The notes beneath the pieces are model-generated. The model was given only the letters and a program-made list of their open reading frames with translations. It ran no database searches and was not told where the DNA came from. The position numbers were made by a program, and so were the translations under genes. Shown piece by piece: positions 50,620-64,000 of a DNA stretch of 64,000 bases. Within the stretch, counting starts at the first letter, position 1. Every line of letters begins with the position of its first letter. The stretch comes from Eledone cirrhosa. Taxonomy: Eukaryota. Where the stretch lies: NCBI GenBank assembly GCA_964016885.1, contig OZ024742.1:197966001-198030000 (forward strand), read 5' to 3'.

Positions 50620-53600
50620 CTTATCTTTTGGTTTATGTGGCGGTCGTTTTCCTTTAACCAACTCTCCATAAAAGAGTTGTTTTGGTATTCTAGAATCCTT
50701 CATCCTGGCAAGGTGACCACTCCAACGGAGTCGTTGCTTAAGCACAAGAGCTTCTATACTGTCACACATAGAGCTTTCCAAAATCTCGACATCACTGATG
50801 TGGTCCCTCCAGTGAACGCCATGGATCCGTCTGAGACACATCTGATGGAAACGCTCCAATTGCTTAAGGTGGTGTCGATATGTGACCCAGGTCTCGCAGG
50901 CATAAAGAAGACAAGAGAGCACACATGCCCTGTACACCTTTACCTTTGTCCTCCTGCATATGTCTCGCCGACCCCCAGAGTCGCCTTTCTAGCTTTCCGA
51001 AAGCATCACTTGCTTTCCTAATCCTAAGTGAGATTTCACTGTCAAGGTTGCTGTATCGATTGACAGTGCTTCCCAGGTAGACAAACTGATCAACCACTCC
51101 AAGTCGTTTACCATACACATAGATATTTGGCTCAGTGTACTGCTTACCAGGGGCAGGTTCGTACATGACGACGGTTTTCTTGAGACTGACAGTCAATCCT
51201 AGGGCAGTGCAAGCGTCAGAAAATGCATTCAAAATGTGCTGCATATCACTCTCTGTGTGCGCTACAAGATCATAATCATCTGCATACAAGAGGTCTCTTA
51301 TGATTGATGTAAATACTTTTGTCTTTGCAGCAAAGCGCCTGATGTTAAATATGCTGCCTGAGGTTCGATATTGGATGTAATCACCATGCTCGCAATTCCT
51401 GAATGCAATACAGAAAACCATTGCAAAGTATATGGCAAACAGGGTCGGTGCTGGAATATCCCCCTGTTTCACTCCATTTTTTACTGAGATAGGCTCCGAC
51501 ATTAACCCAAGCCTTCATGTCGTCATGGAAAGACCTAACTAAAGCAAGGAACTTATCAGGGCAACCAAGTTTCTGGAGAACCTTCCATAATGCATCTCTG
51601 TTAACAGTATCAAAAGCTTTTGTCAGATCGACAAAAACCTGATACAGATCCAAGCCTTGTTCCATGCACTTCTCCTGGAGCTGTCTAGCTGAGAAGATCA
51701 TATCAGTAGTGCCGCGTCCAGCATGAAAACGAGATTGACTTTCAGGAAGAACACAATCTGCAATGTGTGTCAGCAGATGGTCCAGAAGCACCCTACATAA
51801 AACTTTCCCTACGACAGAAAGCAATGATATACCTCTGTAGTTCCCACAATCATTCCTGTTACCCTTTCCCTTGTACAAGACCACCATTACTGCATCTCTC
51901 CAGTCCTCAAGTACGGATTCATTAGCCCATATCCTGCCAAACAAAGAGTGAAGATGTTGCAGGAGTCTCTCACCACCATATTGTAGGAGCTCAGCATGTA
52001 TGCCATCCATACCTGGAGATCTTCCACTGTTCAGCTTTGAAATAGCCACTGCAACCTCCACAAGCGTTGGAGGTTCTGCGAGAGCTACTTTCACAGGACT
52101 TTCTGGAATGAGATTGAGGAAATCTTCACTGACGACAGACGGCTGATTCAAAAGATCATCAAAGTGCTCTCGCCACCTTCGTAGAATTCCTTGTGAGTCA
52201 CGAAGAAGTTCTTTGTCATCCTTGCTGCGAAGCGGTGTCACCAGAGAAGAAGACGGTCCATAAACCTCACGCAAGAGACTGTACAACAGCTTTGTGTTAT
52301 TGGAATCTGACGCAGTTTGTATCTCACCAGCCTTCTCACTCCACCACTGATCCTTCTTCTGAGAAAGACTCCGCCTAACACGTGATTTTACATCCTTGAG
52401 TTCCTCATGCAACGTATTCCTCTCCTGTGGTTTTGCCGTCAAGTAGCGTGACAGAGAACGCTTCTTATCAGCCAACAAGTCTTCTATATGTACATCATTC
52501 TCATTAAACCAGTCCTGATGTTTTCTCTGCACCAATCCCAGAACACATCATAAACCGACTTTTTAAGGGTCGGCCAATCCTCACCAAGATCTGCAGCTTG
52601 CATCTCTTCTTCCAATGTCCTCTTCACATTTTTATCCTTAAGACGATCAGCATTCAATCTTTTGGGCAGGGCAACACCAGGAGCCCGGATTTTACGTTTA
52701 GTGATTAGTTTCACTTTTGCGCGTACCAGGCGGTGGTCCGTCCAGCACTCAGCTCCACAAAGAACACGAACACTCTGCACATCCTGTCTGTCACGCATCC
52801 TGACTAGGACGTAGTCCAAAAGATGCCATCCTTAGATGCAGGATGCATCCATGTGGTCTTGAATTTGTTCTTTTGTTGGAACATGGTGTTGGTAACTCAC
52901 AGATCCAGCTCCTCACACATCTGCAGCAGGAGCTTACCATTGTTGTTACACTTTCCCACCCCATGCCTTCCAATTACATTCCATGTGTTAAAATCCCTAC
53001 CCACTCTAGCATTAAAGTCACCAGGCACGATGACTTTGTCTGCCTGAGGGATATTTCTTAAAGCACCTTTCAAGGCATGGTAAAAGGACACTTTTTCTTC
53101 ATCGACAGAATTCATAGTTGGAGCATACACACTCACCAGGGTCGCATATCTTCCTTTCTCCAGCGGAATTCTCATGGACATAAGACGCTCACTAATCCCT
53201 ACTGGGAATTCTTCTAATTTATTCACAAGTACAGTATTAACAGCAAATCCTACCCCAGCCTCTCTTCTGGTTCCTTCATCTCTTCCTTTCCAGAAGAATG
53301 TATATTCTCCACAAAATTCTGTAAGATGACCATCCCCAGCTAACCTCGTCTCAGATAAAGCCACGATGTCAAGATCGTAACGTCGAAGTTCCTTTGCAAC
53401 AAGAGCGGTCCTTCGTTCAGGACGCTCCAAGGAATCCCTGTCAAGCAGCGTCCGTACGTTCCAGCAGCCAAGACTAAATGCCTTATTTGGCTCTATTACA
53501 ATGGCACGACGACAAGCGGGCCCAGGCTGTGATAACCTGGGGCCCCTACCCTTATTGCCAATTATCTTTTTTGTTCCAGAACCTAAATTGTCAATTATCT

Positions 53601-53997
53601 CTTTTATATTGTTCTGGAACATCATTGAATTGAAAAAAAAAAAAAAAAAAAAAAGTAATAATAATAGTAACAATAATAATAATAATAATAATAGTACACT
53701 ATCAATAATTATTAATGCACTCGTGCAATGCCTGTGCGTGACGAATATTTTTAAAGTGAGGAAAGACTGTGCACTGAGCCAATCCCACTCTCTGAGCGAC
53801 AGTAGCTATAACCCGAAAAGAAGAAAAGATCAACATCATCGGTAACTACTGAGCTGCAGGTTTTATGTCGAAGTTAACCCAGTTTTCTGAGATGCCTTCT
53901 CCTAGAAGAATGCCCTGACATGGGCTAGGGGTTCTTCACTCCCAGTGGTTTAACTGCGCGATCGGGCATCCAGCCCGATTATTTCTATGTCTCCGCG
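50620..53997 (-). mobile_element. Near full-length RTE (BovB-like) LINE, frameshifted, 3' end missing
   Basis: APE motifs WNVRTL, ALSETR, GDFNARVG, DYV, TDHRLV. RT motifs YRGISLL, FVDLTKAFDTV, GVKQG, LLYADD, RLRWSGH. Confidence 0.9.
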
Positions 53998-54107
53998 CAA
54001 AAAAAAAAAAAAAAAAAAAAAAACTCACTTATTGACACTTATACGTACGACATACACACATGCGCATACATATGCACGCACACATACATACATACATACA
54101 TACATAC

Positions 54108-54715
54108 ATGGTGGCTGCCAACTCGTTTTCAAGTACGGCCACTACTTTATATCCATGTAGGAGAACCCCTACCAATGCGCTGAACGAGTGTCACTTTTTA
54201 GTCCAGCCAGCAACTTGAAAACTCTGGTACAAACACTACACTTGTGACAATTATTGACACAGTGCTGGGCCCATGGTACCATGTGACGACAAGTGCAGAG
54301 AGATCTGCAGATATAAAGCAATGCCTGTGCCGTGAAGCTTTTATAGTGAGCAAAGGCACTGCACAAAGCCAGTCCCACTCTCTTAACCAAGTTGATATTT
54401 ACCAAAAAGAAGAACAAGTCAACATCATTGGATACCATCAGGGTTGCAGGTGTTATATCAGAGTTTTCCTTCTCCTAGAATTCTGCCTTGACAAAGGCTA
54501 AGGGGTCATCTCTCCCGGTGATTTTGGATGGCCATTGACTCTTAAGAGCTCCTTTGCCCTTTGACAGGTTTCGTTTTTAGTCCTGCAGGATGTCCAAAGT
54601 CACCCTCCTCACCAAGAAACCTTAGTGGGGTTGCCAGTTTAGTCGCCAACGACCCGACCATGAGACAGGTTGTACTGGGATACATGTTACCAGTAGCACC
54701 AACTGGTGACCTGAC
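54108..54715 (-). mobile_element. Bipartite RTE-derived element, copy 3, with (TATG)n tail
   Basis: Reverse complement of 25257-25864. Confidence 0.7.
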
Positions 54716-54724
54716 ATACATACA

Positions 54725-54810
<86 letters not shown>

Positions 54811-54902
54811 AAAATTAAGTATTTCCGTCAGAAAGGTACAGGAAAAAAGAGTGCTCTATGTAGCTTATAAATCCATATTTAATAAATACACCATGTTTTT
54901 TA

Positions 54903-54960
54903 TTCATTCTGACGACTGAAGACAGGCACATCTGTCTTCAAGAAACCACTGGTAAATGAA
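54903..54960 (+). ncRNA. Type I hammerhead ribozyme in a ~185-bp island between microsatellites
   Basis: TTCATT-CTGACGA-C-TGAAGACAG-gcacat-CTGTCTTCA-A-GAAA-CCA-C-TGG-TA-AATGAA. Confidence 0.85.
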
Positions 54961-54990
54961 ATAATTATCTTATGTTGTTTATTACATAAC

Positions 54991-55144
<154 letters not shown>

Positions 55145-55906
55145 ATAATAATAATAATAATAATAATGATAATATACCATCAATATACATGCATGGGGGC
55201 TGGAAGGCGTTTGTGTGTGTGTGTGTCGGGGGGGGGGGGTTAGAACAAATGGAGATAATGTTGATCAATGGAGGGTGAGGTAGATGACAATAGAAATGGT
55301 GGTGGTGATGGTGGTGATGGAGAGTTGCTGATGGCAGTGGATGTAGTGTTTGGTGGTAGAAATGATAATAGCAATACAAATGCTACAAGAAAAAAAACAA
55401 AACAAAAATCAGCAACGTGAATTAACCATCAAACTATCTATAATAATAATAATAATAATAATAATAATGGTTTCATTTATTGGCCACAAGGGCCGACATA
55501 TAGGGGACAATACAATAGATGGGGACAGTGGGGTTTTACACAAAAAGCGAGTAAAAATTAGGAAGACAATAACAATAAACAAGAAAAATACAACAATGAA
55601 AATTCCCCAATAGGAGGGATGATGTTGATGCAAGAATAATCAATAGCAATAACAACAATAAATAATATCAATATTATCAATGATGATGACATTAATAGTA
55701 ATAATGATTTCTTTATTATTTTTTTTTGTAATAAAAATAATTATGATTTTTTTATTAGCCACAAGGGCTTTCACATAGAATACAGTAAATATTATAAACA
55801 CAGAGGTTACAATACATGTGTGGCTAGATAAACAAATTTACATAGAAACAAGGGTAGAGGAAATGACTTTATACAATTGACAGATTAATTTGATAAAACA
55901 TAAAAT

Positions 55907-56520
55907 ACGAGGTCCTTTAAAATGTTCGCGGAAAAAGGACAGTTGGAGAAAATGGTCTAAATTATGATGTTTATTTTTCAACATATGCTCCATCTAGGTC
56001 AATACACTTCTGCAAGCATTGATACCAGCCTTTAAATCCATCTGAGTAAAACTGGGGGTCATGCAATTTAAACAGCCTTTAAGTCCATCTGTGTAAAACT
56101 GAGGGGGCCATGCAATTTAAACCATGTCAAAGCAGCTTTTTTTACATCTTCAACTGATGGAAAATGGGCATCGTTCTATGATTATTTCAAGTTTGGAAAC
56201 AAAAAGAAGTCGGATGGGGCTAAATCGGGTCTGTAAGGTGGGTGTCAAATGATTTCCCATCAAAATTTGCATAACACAGATCGTGTATGCTGAGCTTTGT
56301 CATGGTGGAAGACAACATACCGATGCAGCTTCCCCTGGCGTTTTGGGGTGATTTTCTTGGCCAGTTTTCTCAAAACACCTTCATGATATGCAGCAGTAAT
56401 TGTTCTCTTATTCTCAAGGAAGTCAACCAGCAAAATCCCTTCATCCTAGAAGACAGTGGGCATGACCTTCACTCTTTAATGCTCGGATTTTGCCTTGACT
56501 GGCCCACTTCCACCCACATA
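55907..56520 (-). mobile_element. Decayed mariner transposase remnant
   Basis: Minus strand ~56180-56260 reads HPPYRPDLAPSDFFLFPNLK; TA|CGAGG terminal motif at 55906. Confidence 0.65.
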
Positions 56521-56856
56521 GAAATATTGTAAAACACACTACTACTAAGTGTATGAGGCAGAGAAATGGTTGTTAGAATGTTGGATAGAATGCTTTGCAA
56601 TATTCGTTTTGGTCCTCTGCTCTCTGAGTTCAAATCCTACAGAGATTAACAATGCCATTCATCCATCTGAGGTCAATAAAAAAAGTACCAGTCAAGTACT
56701 GGGGTTGATTCTTCTTCTATATCTCTTTCTCTTTCTCATTTCCATTCTCTCACTCTCTCTATATACTTCTCTGGAAGAACCTGCTGTATTCAGACCTGGA
56801 GAAGAGATGGGCTAAGCCATATGTTAATACAGCACCTCAATGACTCCCTCAGGTCC

Positions 56857-57402
56857 ATCATCATCATCATCATCATCATCAGGTTTAGCGTCCGTGTTCC
56901 ACGCTTGCATGGGTTTGGACGGGGGTTTTCCCACTTGAGGCAAGAGTGATTGTCTTGCTCGCATAGGACTGTCTGGCGGGTTTTCTACAGTTGGATGCCC
57001 TTCCTAACACCAACCACATTTACAGTGTGGGGCTGGGAGGTTTTTACCGTGTTGCCTACACGGCCACATTTACAGCGTGGACTGTGTGTTTTTTGTCGTG
57101 ACACCTACACGATCTCATTTGTTTCGGCCTGGATGTTGTGGGACCAACATAACTTTACATTGAAAGGGGCGGTGTGGGTGGGGTGGAGGTGGTGGGACGG
57201 GGGTGTGTTTTGATAGAGGTGCCTACTGACTGTAGTAGGTTTTTACTTTGTATTTAGGTAAGGCGGGTCTTCTCTATTACTGAGTACTGCCAAAGGTCTC
57301 GGTCCAGTGACATTGTCTTGGAGAGGTGTAAGCGTGTGAGGTCGGAATTTATCAGCTCGTCCCATGTTTTTCTGGGTCTGCCTACTCCGTGGCTACCGTC
57401 TA
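56857..57402 (-). mobile_element. RTE-type LINE 3' end with (GAT)n tail
   Basis: Similar to 45860-46400; GRPRKTWDELI. Confidence 0.8.
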
Positions 57403-58189
57403 TCTTTTTTATATATATATAAAACATAAGATATGACACAAAAACAAAAAAATAATATTTATGGTTACCCACCCACACACAGATGGAAATCCACTAGCCG
57501 AGTCAGAAAACCCCACATCTCTGCTCACCAGCTATGCATTATATATTTCCTGGGGATCACCGAAATCCTCTGAAAATATTTCATTACTTGGTTCCTCAAG
57601 AAAAGTTCCTCTCTGTAGGTTGTTGTGTCCCCATCAGTTCTGATGATGAGTGTATGTGGGTGGCAGAGCATTCCACAGACATAAGTATCCTTAACAGACT
57701 TCTCAGGGAGATTCAGCATGAGAGAATGTGTGACAAGGCTGGACTTTTGAATGGCATGTACAGCTCATTTTATCCAGCTGAGTGCATTGGAACAATATGA
57801 AATCATCTTGCTTAAGAACATGATGCACTGCCTGGTCCAGGAATTGAACACATGACCTTACGATTGTGAGCTGAACATCGGACAAAATACTTTACGGCAT
57901 ATAGTTACAGCCCTTTAACATTCTAAGTTCAAATCCTGCCAAGGTTAGCTTTATCTTTCATCCTTATGGGGTCGATAAAATAAAGTACCAGTAATGTACT
58001 GGGGTCGATTTAATTGACTTTCCCCTCCCCCAAAAATTATTGGCCTTGTGTCTAAATCAGAAACCATTTATTTATATTATTACTGTTTCTTTTATTGACC
58101 ACAATGGACAGTATATGAGTGAAATACAAATACATTGAACAACAATGAAAAATGGGGTAGGGGAGATTTATATTGAGGAAAACCACTCT

Positions 58190-58773
58190 AACAACCACAA
58201 CCATCACCATCACCACAACCATCACCATCATCACCACCACCACCACTATTATCACCATCTCCACCACCATCACCAACCATCACCCTCACCCTCACCATCA
58301 CCACCACCACTATTATCACTACCACTACTATCATCACTATCACCATCACCCTCGCCATCACCACCACCACTATTATCACCACTATTATCATCACCATCAT
58401 CATCTCCACTATTATCACTATCACCACCACCTTTATCAGACACCATGCTTTGCAGCATAAAGTTATGGCCCTTTACATTCTGAGTTCAAATCCTGCTGAG
58501 GTTAGCTTTGCCTTTCATCCTAATGGGGTCGATAAAAATAAAAGCACCAGTAATGCGCTGGGTAATTGCTGGCCTTGTGCCAAAAGTAGAAACAATTATC
58601 ACCATCACCACCACCACCATCACTACTATCATCTCCCCCATCAAACCACCACCATCACTACCACCATTGTCACCACCATCACTAACACCACCACCACCAC
58701 CACCACCACTAGCGCCACTACAACCCTTATTGTCACTACCCCCACCCATCACCACCACCACCACCACCACCAC
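58190..58773. repeat. (CAC/CAT)n trinucleotide tract with embedded SINE (58436-58600)
   Basis: Direct read. Confidence 0.9.
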
Positions 58774-58943
58774 TGTAAATATTGTTTCCTAGATACGTTT
58801 TGATCATGTTTGAATATTTTATCTCATAACAGGAATGGTAGTGATAATGATGATGAAGACGTTGATGTAGATTATGATGATAGTGATGCTGATTATGATT
58901 GTGAATATATATGTATGTATACAAAAACGTATATATAAATGTA

Positions 58944-58980
<37 letters not shown>

Positions 58981-59071
58981 GTATATATATATATATGTAT
59001 ATGTATATATGTATATATGTATATGTGTATATATATATGTATATGTATGTATATGTGTATATATATATATA

Positions 59072-60367
59072 CAGGGTGTGGACGATATTTGTTCGCAATT
59101 TTCAACTGCTAATTTTATGCAAATTTTTTTTACTTCCGTTGTACTCTTATCTTCATAAAAACAGTGACTATTTTTCCATTATTTATTTTCAGAATAATTG
59201 ATTATGAATAATTTTGAACCTCCAAATTTGTGGAAGAGACACGGAGTTCTTCTTGGAATCCGCTCCCGGAGGACAAATAAGGAAATTTCAGACTTTCTCA
59301 GCGTCAGCAGGAGAAAGGTGGAAAAGGTCAGAAAGGAATTGGAAGATTCAGGATTCGACTACGAAGCAACATCAGAGAGGGAAACACATGATCGACAATC
59401 TGATGCGTTAAGAACGATTGAGTTCATCGCTGAAGTTCAGGATATCATCAACAATGAACCTAACAAGTCGATGCGTGCCATTGCAAGGGAGAAAGGCGTG
59501 GATGAAAAGCTCATTAGGCTGGTGGTACATGAAGACATTCGCTACGTTTCATACAAGATGAGGAAAGGACAATTTCTGTCAAAGGCGATGCAAGAAAAGC
59601 GACTGAAGCACGCAAAGAAGCTGATCAACAAGTTGAAACACCCACTGGAGCCAGACATGCTATGGTCTTTCTCCGACAAGAAAAACTTCTGCCAAGACCA
59701 GAAGATCAACTCCCAGAACAACAGGTGGTTCGCTGTCTCATCCAAAGACATGCCCAGAGTCATGCAGACAAAGTTTCCAGCAACAACATTGGTCTTAGGT
59801 GTCGTCAGCAGTCAAGGTGACGTCATGCCACCTCACTTCTTCCCTGAGGGCCTCAAGCTGAACACCAATGGCTACATCCGCATTGAGTGAGTTAGTAAAG
59901 CCCTGGATCGACCAGGTAGCTGCAGGTAGGCCGTACATGTGGCAGCAATACTCAGCGCCCTGCCATACCAGCCGAAAGACCCAAGCCTGGCTGTCAGAGA
60001 ACTTCCTCGACCACACTTCACCTGACATCTGGCCTGCCAGCTCGCCTGACTGCACCCTCCTCGACTTCTTTGTGTGTGGTGCAGTGGAACGAGACACCAA
60101 AAGATCTAGCTGCAATACGAAAGACGATCTGAAGGCCAGGAACACAAGTGCCTTTAAGTCGGGGGACAGTGACGAAGGCCTGTAGCCGGTTCCGAGGCCG
60201 CCTTGAGGCCGTCATCAAAGCCAATGGAGGGTTTATCGAGTGAGATCGAAAGAACAAGTCATGAAGATAAACTGACCCAAGTTTGATAAATATATCATAA
60301 AAAATAAAACTACTGGGTTATTTTTTCCTAGACAGTAATCTTGCAAACAAATATCATCTGCACCCTG
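59072..60367 (+). mobile_element. Full-length DD37D (maT) Tc1/mariner transposon, inactive
   Basis: Imperfect ~27-bp TIRs CAGGGTGTGGACGATATTTGTTCGCAA / TTGCAAACAAATATCATCTGCACCCTG; TA at left; 1296 bp. Confidence 0.88.
59204..60243 (+). pseudogene. DD37D transposase, frameshifted, second Asp mutated to Tyr
   Basis: FSDKKNF; WQQ(Y)SAPCH; 37 residues to the D of SPDCTLLDF. Confidence 0.85.
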
Positions 60368-60383
60368 TTTATGTATATATAAA

Positions 60384-62630
60384 TAATAATAATAATAATG
60401 AAATTATTGTGTATTACAACTCATCAAAGGTGCATGTATAGTATATAGAATAATATACAAATGTCAGGGAAGTGAATAGTGTATGAGTCATGATATACAT
60501 GTGTGTATGTGTGTATGGAGGGGGAATATTAGGTTTAGTGTTGGTTAATCTCAGGAAGATTTTAAAGGATGCAGTGTCTCGACAGCTAACAACTGATGCA
60601 GGTAGTTTGTTCCATGCTTCAGCAACTCTGAGTGTGAAAAAATGTTTCATGGGAGCTGTGCCGTTTTCTGACTTTGTTGGCATGCCCACATGTGTTAGAC
60701 ATATGGAAATCAAAAAGGTACTCAGGGTTTTTGTTGGCAAGATGGTTAATAATTTTGTGGGTGTTTACCAAGTCAGTTGCCAGATATCGGAACTTCGATG
60801 TAACCATGCCAGGGAAGTAAGGCGTTCAGAGTATGGTAGATGCCTGATGGAGGGTATTCGCTTGGTTGCACGTCTCTGAACAGTTTCCAGGCGGTCAATG
60901 TTCTGGACGATAGTTTACAGGTGATGTGCAGTCACCGAATCTGACATCGGATTCTATTACAACTATGGAATTTACACCTGCAATGCTGCGACATCACCTT
61001 AAAAATAAACACAACCTGGTCTTGATGGTGTTACGTACCTGCTTCTCAAACGTGGTGGGTACTTCCTTCTGCACCAGCTATCACGCTTCTTCCAATTCTG
61101 TCTGAACAACGGTGCTACTCCAGAACAGTGGAAAACTGCCAGTATCATTCCTCTGTTCAAAAAGGGTAGCCGCACATCACCTGTGAACTATCGTCCAGTC
61201 AGTCTTACTAACTGCATTGCCAAACTGATGGAATCCTGTGTTAGAACTCTCACAGTCTTATCCGGCCCTCGGAATTTTGATTTATCCCTAACTCCAGCTG
61301 CTATGATCAACTTATCGAGTTTCTTGAAGACATCACCCGGATCACTGATGGTGGTTCATGTGTTTACCTTGACTGTGCTAAAGCTTTCAATTCTGTGCCA
61401 CACAAAAGACTTAGGGCAAAACTCCCTGCAATGGCTGTGAAGGATGATCTTTTTAACTGGTTGAAGTCTTTCATTCTCAGTCGAAGAGAGGTAGTCACGG
61501 TTCTAGGACAGCATTCCTCACCATATGAGATGTAATCTGGTGTACCACAGGGATCTGTTCTTGGCCCCCTTTTGTTTGTGGCATATATTAATGACATAGA
61601 TGCCAACTTAAAGAATGTCACAGTACTGAAATATGCAGATGACATCAAGCTGTAACTTGAGATAAAAAGGACAGATCCTGAACACTATAGATCTTGCCTG
61701 CAATCTGACCTGGACACAATGCAACAATGGATCATGGACTGGCAACTCAAGCTAGCTGTGGACAAGTGTACCACCATGCATTTTGGGAGTAAAAACCCTG
61801 CACATTCCTTGGGGTCATCAGGGATTGTGAAGAGGACCAACTGGAGAATGAGGCTTCTGCTTTGAGTGAACATACTTCCAGAACACCTTACTGTCAGGCT
61901 TGGTTGCTATGCGTTGCTCAAATTCAAGCACTGCCTTTTTTGTCACCTGCGTGAGACGGTTGGATGATTTATTTCGCTTTTTCCTATTGATATCTGATTA
62001 ATGCAGTTTGTACTCACGTTCAGCATTACGATGGTCTTTCCTGGCACGACGGACTGGTGCAGTCTCCCAAATTGCACTTTTGGGTTGTTTTTTCTGCTTA
62101 TGTGGCACCGATGCTGCACATGCTGTCCATATTGAGTTCTGGAGTACAGTGTTGACATCTCCAGAGTCGTAAAACTCAAACCAGTTTGGATGTTGCAGCT
62201 CGGTGCAGTAACAGTTCCAGTCTACTTTATTCCAGTCAAAGTGACCAGTTTGGAGATGTTTGTGGTTTTTGTTACTGCCCATGAGGGACAGATTGGAAAT
62301 GATCATAGCATGATCAGAGTCACCTAAAGCTTCCTCAGTAGTAACACTAATAACTGTTTCAGGAGTAGTGGTGAAGAGTAGATCCAAAGTGTTGTCACTT
62401 CTTGTTGGGGAAGTGACTACTTGGGACCAGTTCGAGTCCAGCACTAGCTCAAGGAAATCATTTGCACTTCGCAATGAAAGGTTTCCTAGTCAATCTCAGG
62501 GTGATTGAAGTCCCCTGCAATAAAAACATTGGCTGTTTTCCTGGCAGCAGCTCTGAGGATATCACAAAGTTGAGTGTCCTGATGGTAATTTGGGGGACGG
62601 TAAACGACTCTAAGTAGCAGTGTTGACATG
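60384..62630. mobile_element. Rearranged CR1-type LINE: 3' end on minus (60384-60910), RT on plus (60911-61810), APE on minus (61940-62630)
   Basis: [22 protein letters not shown] on plus; VYRPP, GDFN, LDLLFT, SDH on minus; 3' end like 20021-20575. Confidence 0.8.
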
Positions 62631-62646
62631 GTCATATGTATATCGC

Positions 62647-62701
<55 letters not shown>

Positions 62702-62849
62702 CATAACACCAATACTGGAAGAATTACTCCGTTTTCAGGGAGAAATTCTTTGGAAATAGAGTAATATTGAATAGATAGTATACCAGCCATGTCATTGTTG
62801 AAATTGCATGTTGTGTCCAACTATTGTACATATCTCTCTCGTAAGTTTC

Positions 62850-63425
62850 ACATTTGGCTGTTGCACAGGGGAAGTAAGCAGCAAAAACCCTCACAGGAAA
62901 CAAGTGCTATGAAATTCTTAGAGGGTAACATAGAAGCAGTTGACAGTTTCTGTTACCTGGGTGACCAAATTAGCAATTGAGGTGGGTGTTCTGAAAGTAC
63001 AGTGACCAGAGTGAGAATGGGATGAAAAAAGTTCAGGGAGCTATTACCACTGCTAGCCACAAAAGGCTTTTCCTTCAAAATGAAGGGCAGATTGTATAAG
63101 GCATGTATACAAACTGCAATGTTGCATGGCAGTGAGAGATGGGCACTGTGTGCCACTGACCTGCACGCTCCAATGGATGTGTAATAGTAATATGCATGAA
63201 CGACAAAGCATAAATGAACTGAGAGAGAAACTGGGTATAACAGGGATTAGAAGCAGTGAGCAGGAGAGGAGATTGGTATGGACATGTGATGTGCATAAAG
63301 GATGATAGCTGTATAAAAAGGTGCAGGGCGCTCAAAGTTGATGGAAGTTATGGAGTAGGAAGACCGAGGAAGACTTGAGACGAGGTGATAAAAGTTGACC
63401 TTGCACAATTACACCTCTCAAAGGC
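62850..63425 (+). mobile_element. Decayed RTE-type LINE fragment
   Basis: Similar to 36880-37380 (FCYLGD, WYGHV, GRPRKT). Confidence 0.75.
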
Positions 63426-63796
63426 ATAAGTGTGTTCTGGAATGGGTTTTTTGTCCATCTTACTTCCATTGAGCTCTTTACAAAACAACAAAATTGATAT
63501 TAAAGTAGTATAGCTCATGCTTTGCATTAATTATACTCTTTAATATCAATGAAATATGTAATAAATGACTGATAAGTTTCAAAAAGCCAGTACAATGTGA
63601 TAGAAATATATAAAAAGCAAATGATAACAAATAAAACTAAACAATATAATGTTTTACTCAATATATTTCAACACAATATTTCAGGGTTACTACCCTCTTT
63701 TCAAATATGGGACAGAAATGGTTCAAAACAAAAATGAACAATCAATATGTTCTTCTTTGAGAGGTTTTTGTTTTGATTTATTTTTGCTACATATAC

Positions 63797-63827
<31 letters not shown>

Positions 63828-63888
63828 TGTATGTATGTATGTATGTATGTATGTATGTATGTATGTATTTATGTATGTATGTATGTAT

Positions 63889-64000
63889 GTCAGGTCACCA
63901 GTTGGTGCTACTGGTAACATGTATCCCAGTACAACCTGTTTCATGGTCGGGTCGTTGGCGACTAAACTGGCAACCCCACCAAGTTTTCTTGGTGAGGAGG
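63889..64000 (+). mobile_element. Bipartite RTE-derived element, copy 4 (runs off the window)
   Basis: Same 5' end GTCAGGTCACCAGTTGGTGC. Confidence 0.7.

Noticed and set aside
58145-58803. His/Pro/Thr-rich ORFs
   Set aside because: Products of a CAC/CAT trinucleotide tract with an embedded SINE.

Overview
AT-rich animal genomic DNA with no recognisable host gene. The (TA)n abundance and Deu/Nin-type tRNA SINEs suggest a cephalopod or other mollusc (inference). The window is a mosaic of (TA)n microsatellites and mobile elements. The dominant theme is a set of Penelope-like retroelements (PLEs; RT plus GIY-YIG) and small non-coding hammerhead-ribozyme (HHR) elements inserted into (TA)n tracts, mostly as head-to-head inverted pairs. 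The largest is a ~12.7 kb palindrome (3787-16532) of two full-length Naiad-type PLEs, one with an intact 813-aa ORF. Its HHR has a 116-nt stem II, and the predicted cleavage site coincides with the 5' end of one copy. There are three small retrozyme-like families: A (462-466 nt, circularly permuted copies), B (316 nt, U3-A8 core variant) and C (~0.5 kb). A and C share an octamer/PSE-like/TATA-like cassette upstream of the ribozyme, and one A copy is fused to a Naiad 3' UTR. Nine distinct HHR motifs were folded by eye. Also present are decayed RTE and CR1-type LINEs, a ~605 bp bipartite RTE-derived element (4 copies), a DD37D maT transposon, mariner and hAT remnants, many SINEs, a 2.7 kb local duplication and a 41-bp minisatellite. 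All assignments come from motif reading and manual folding; no searches were run.
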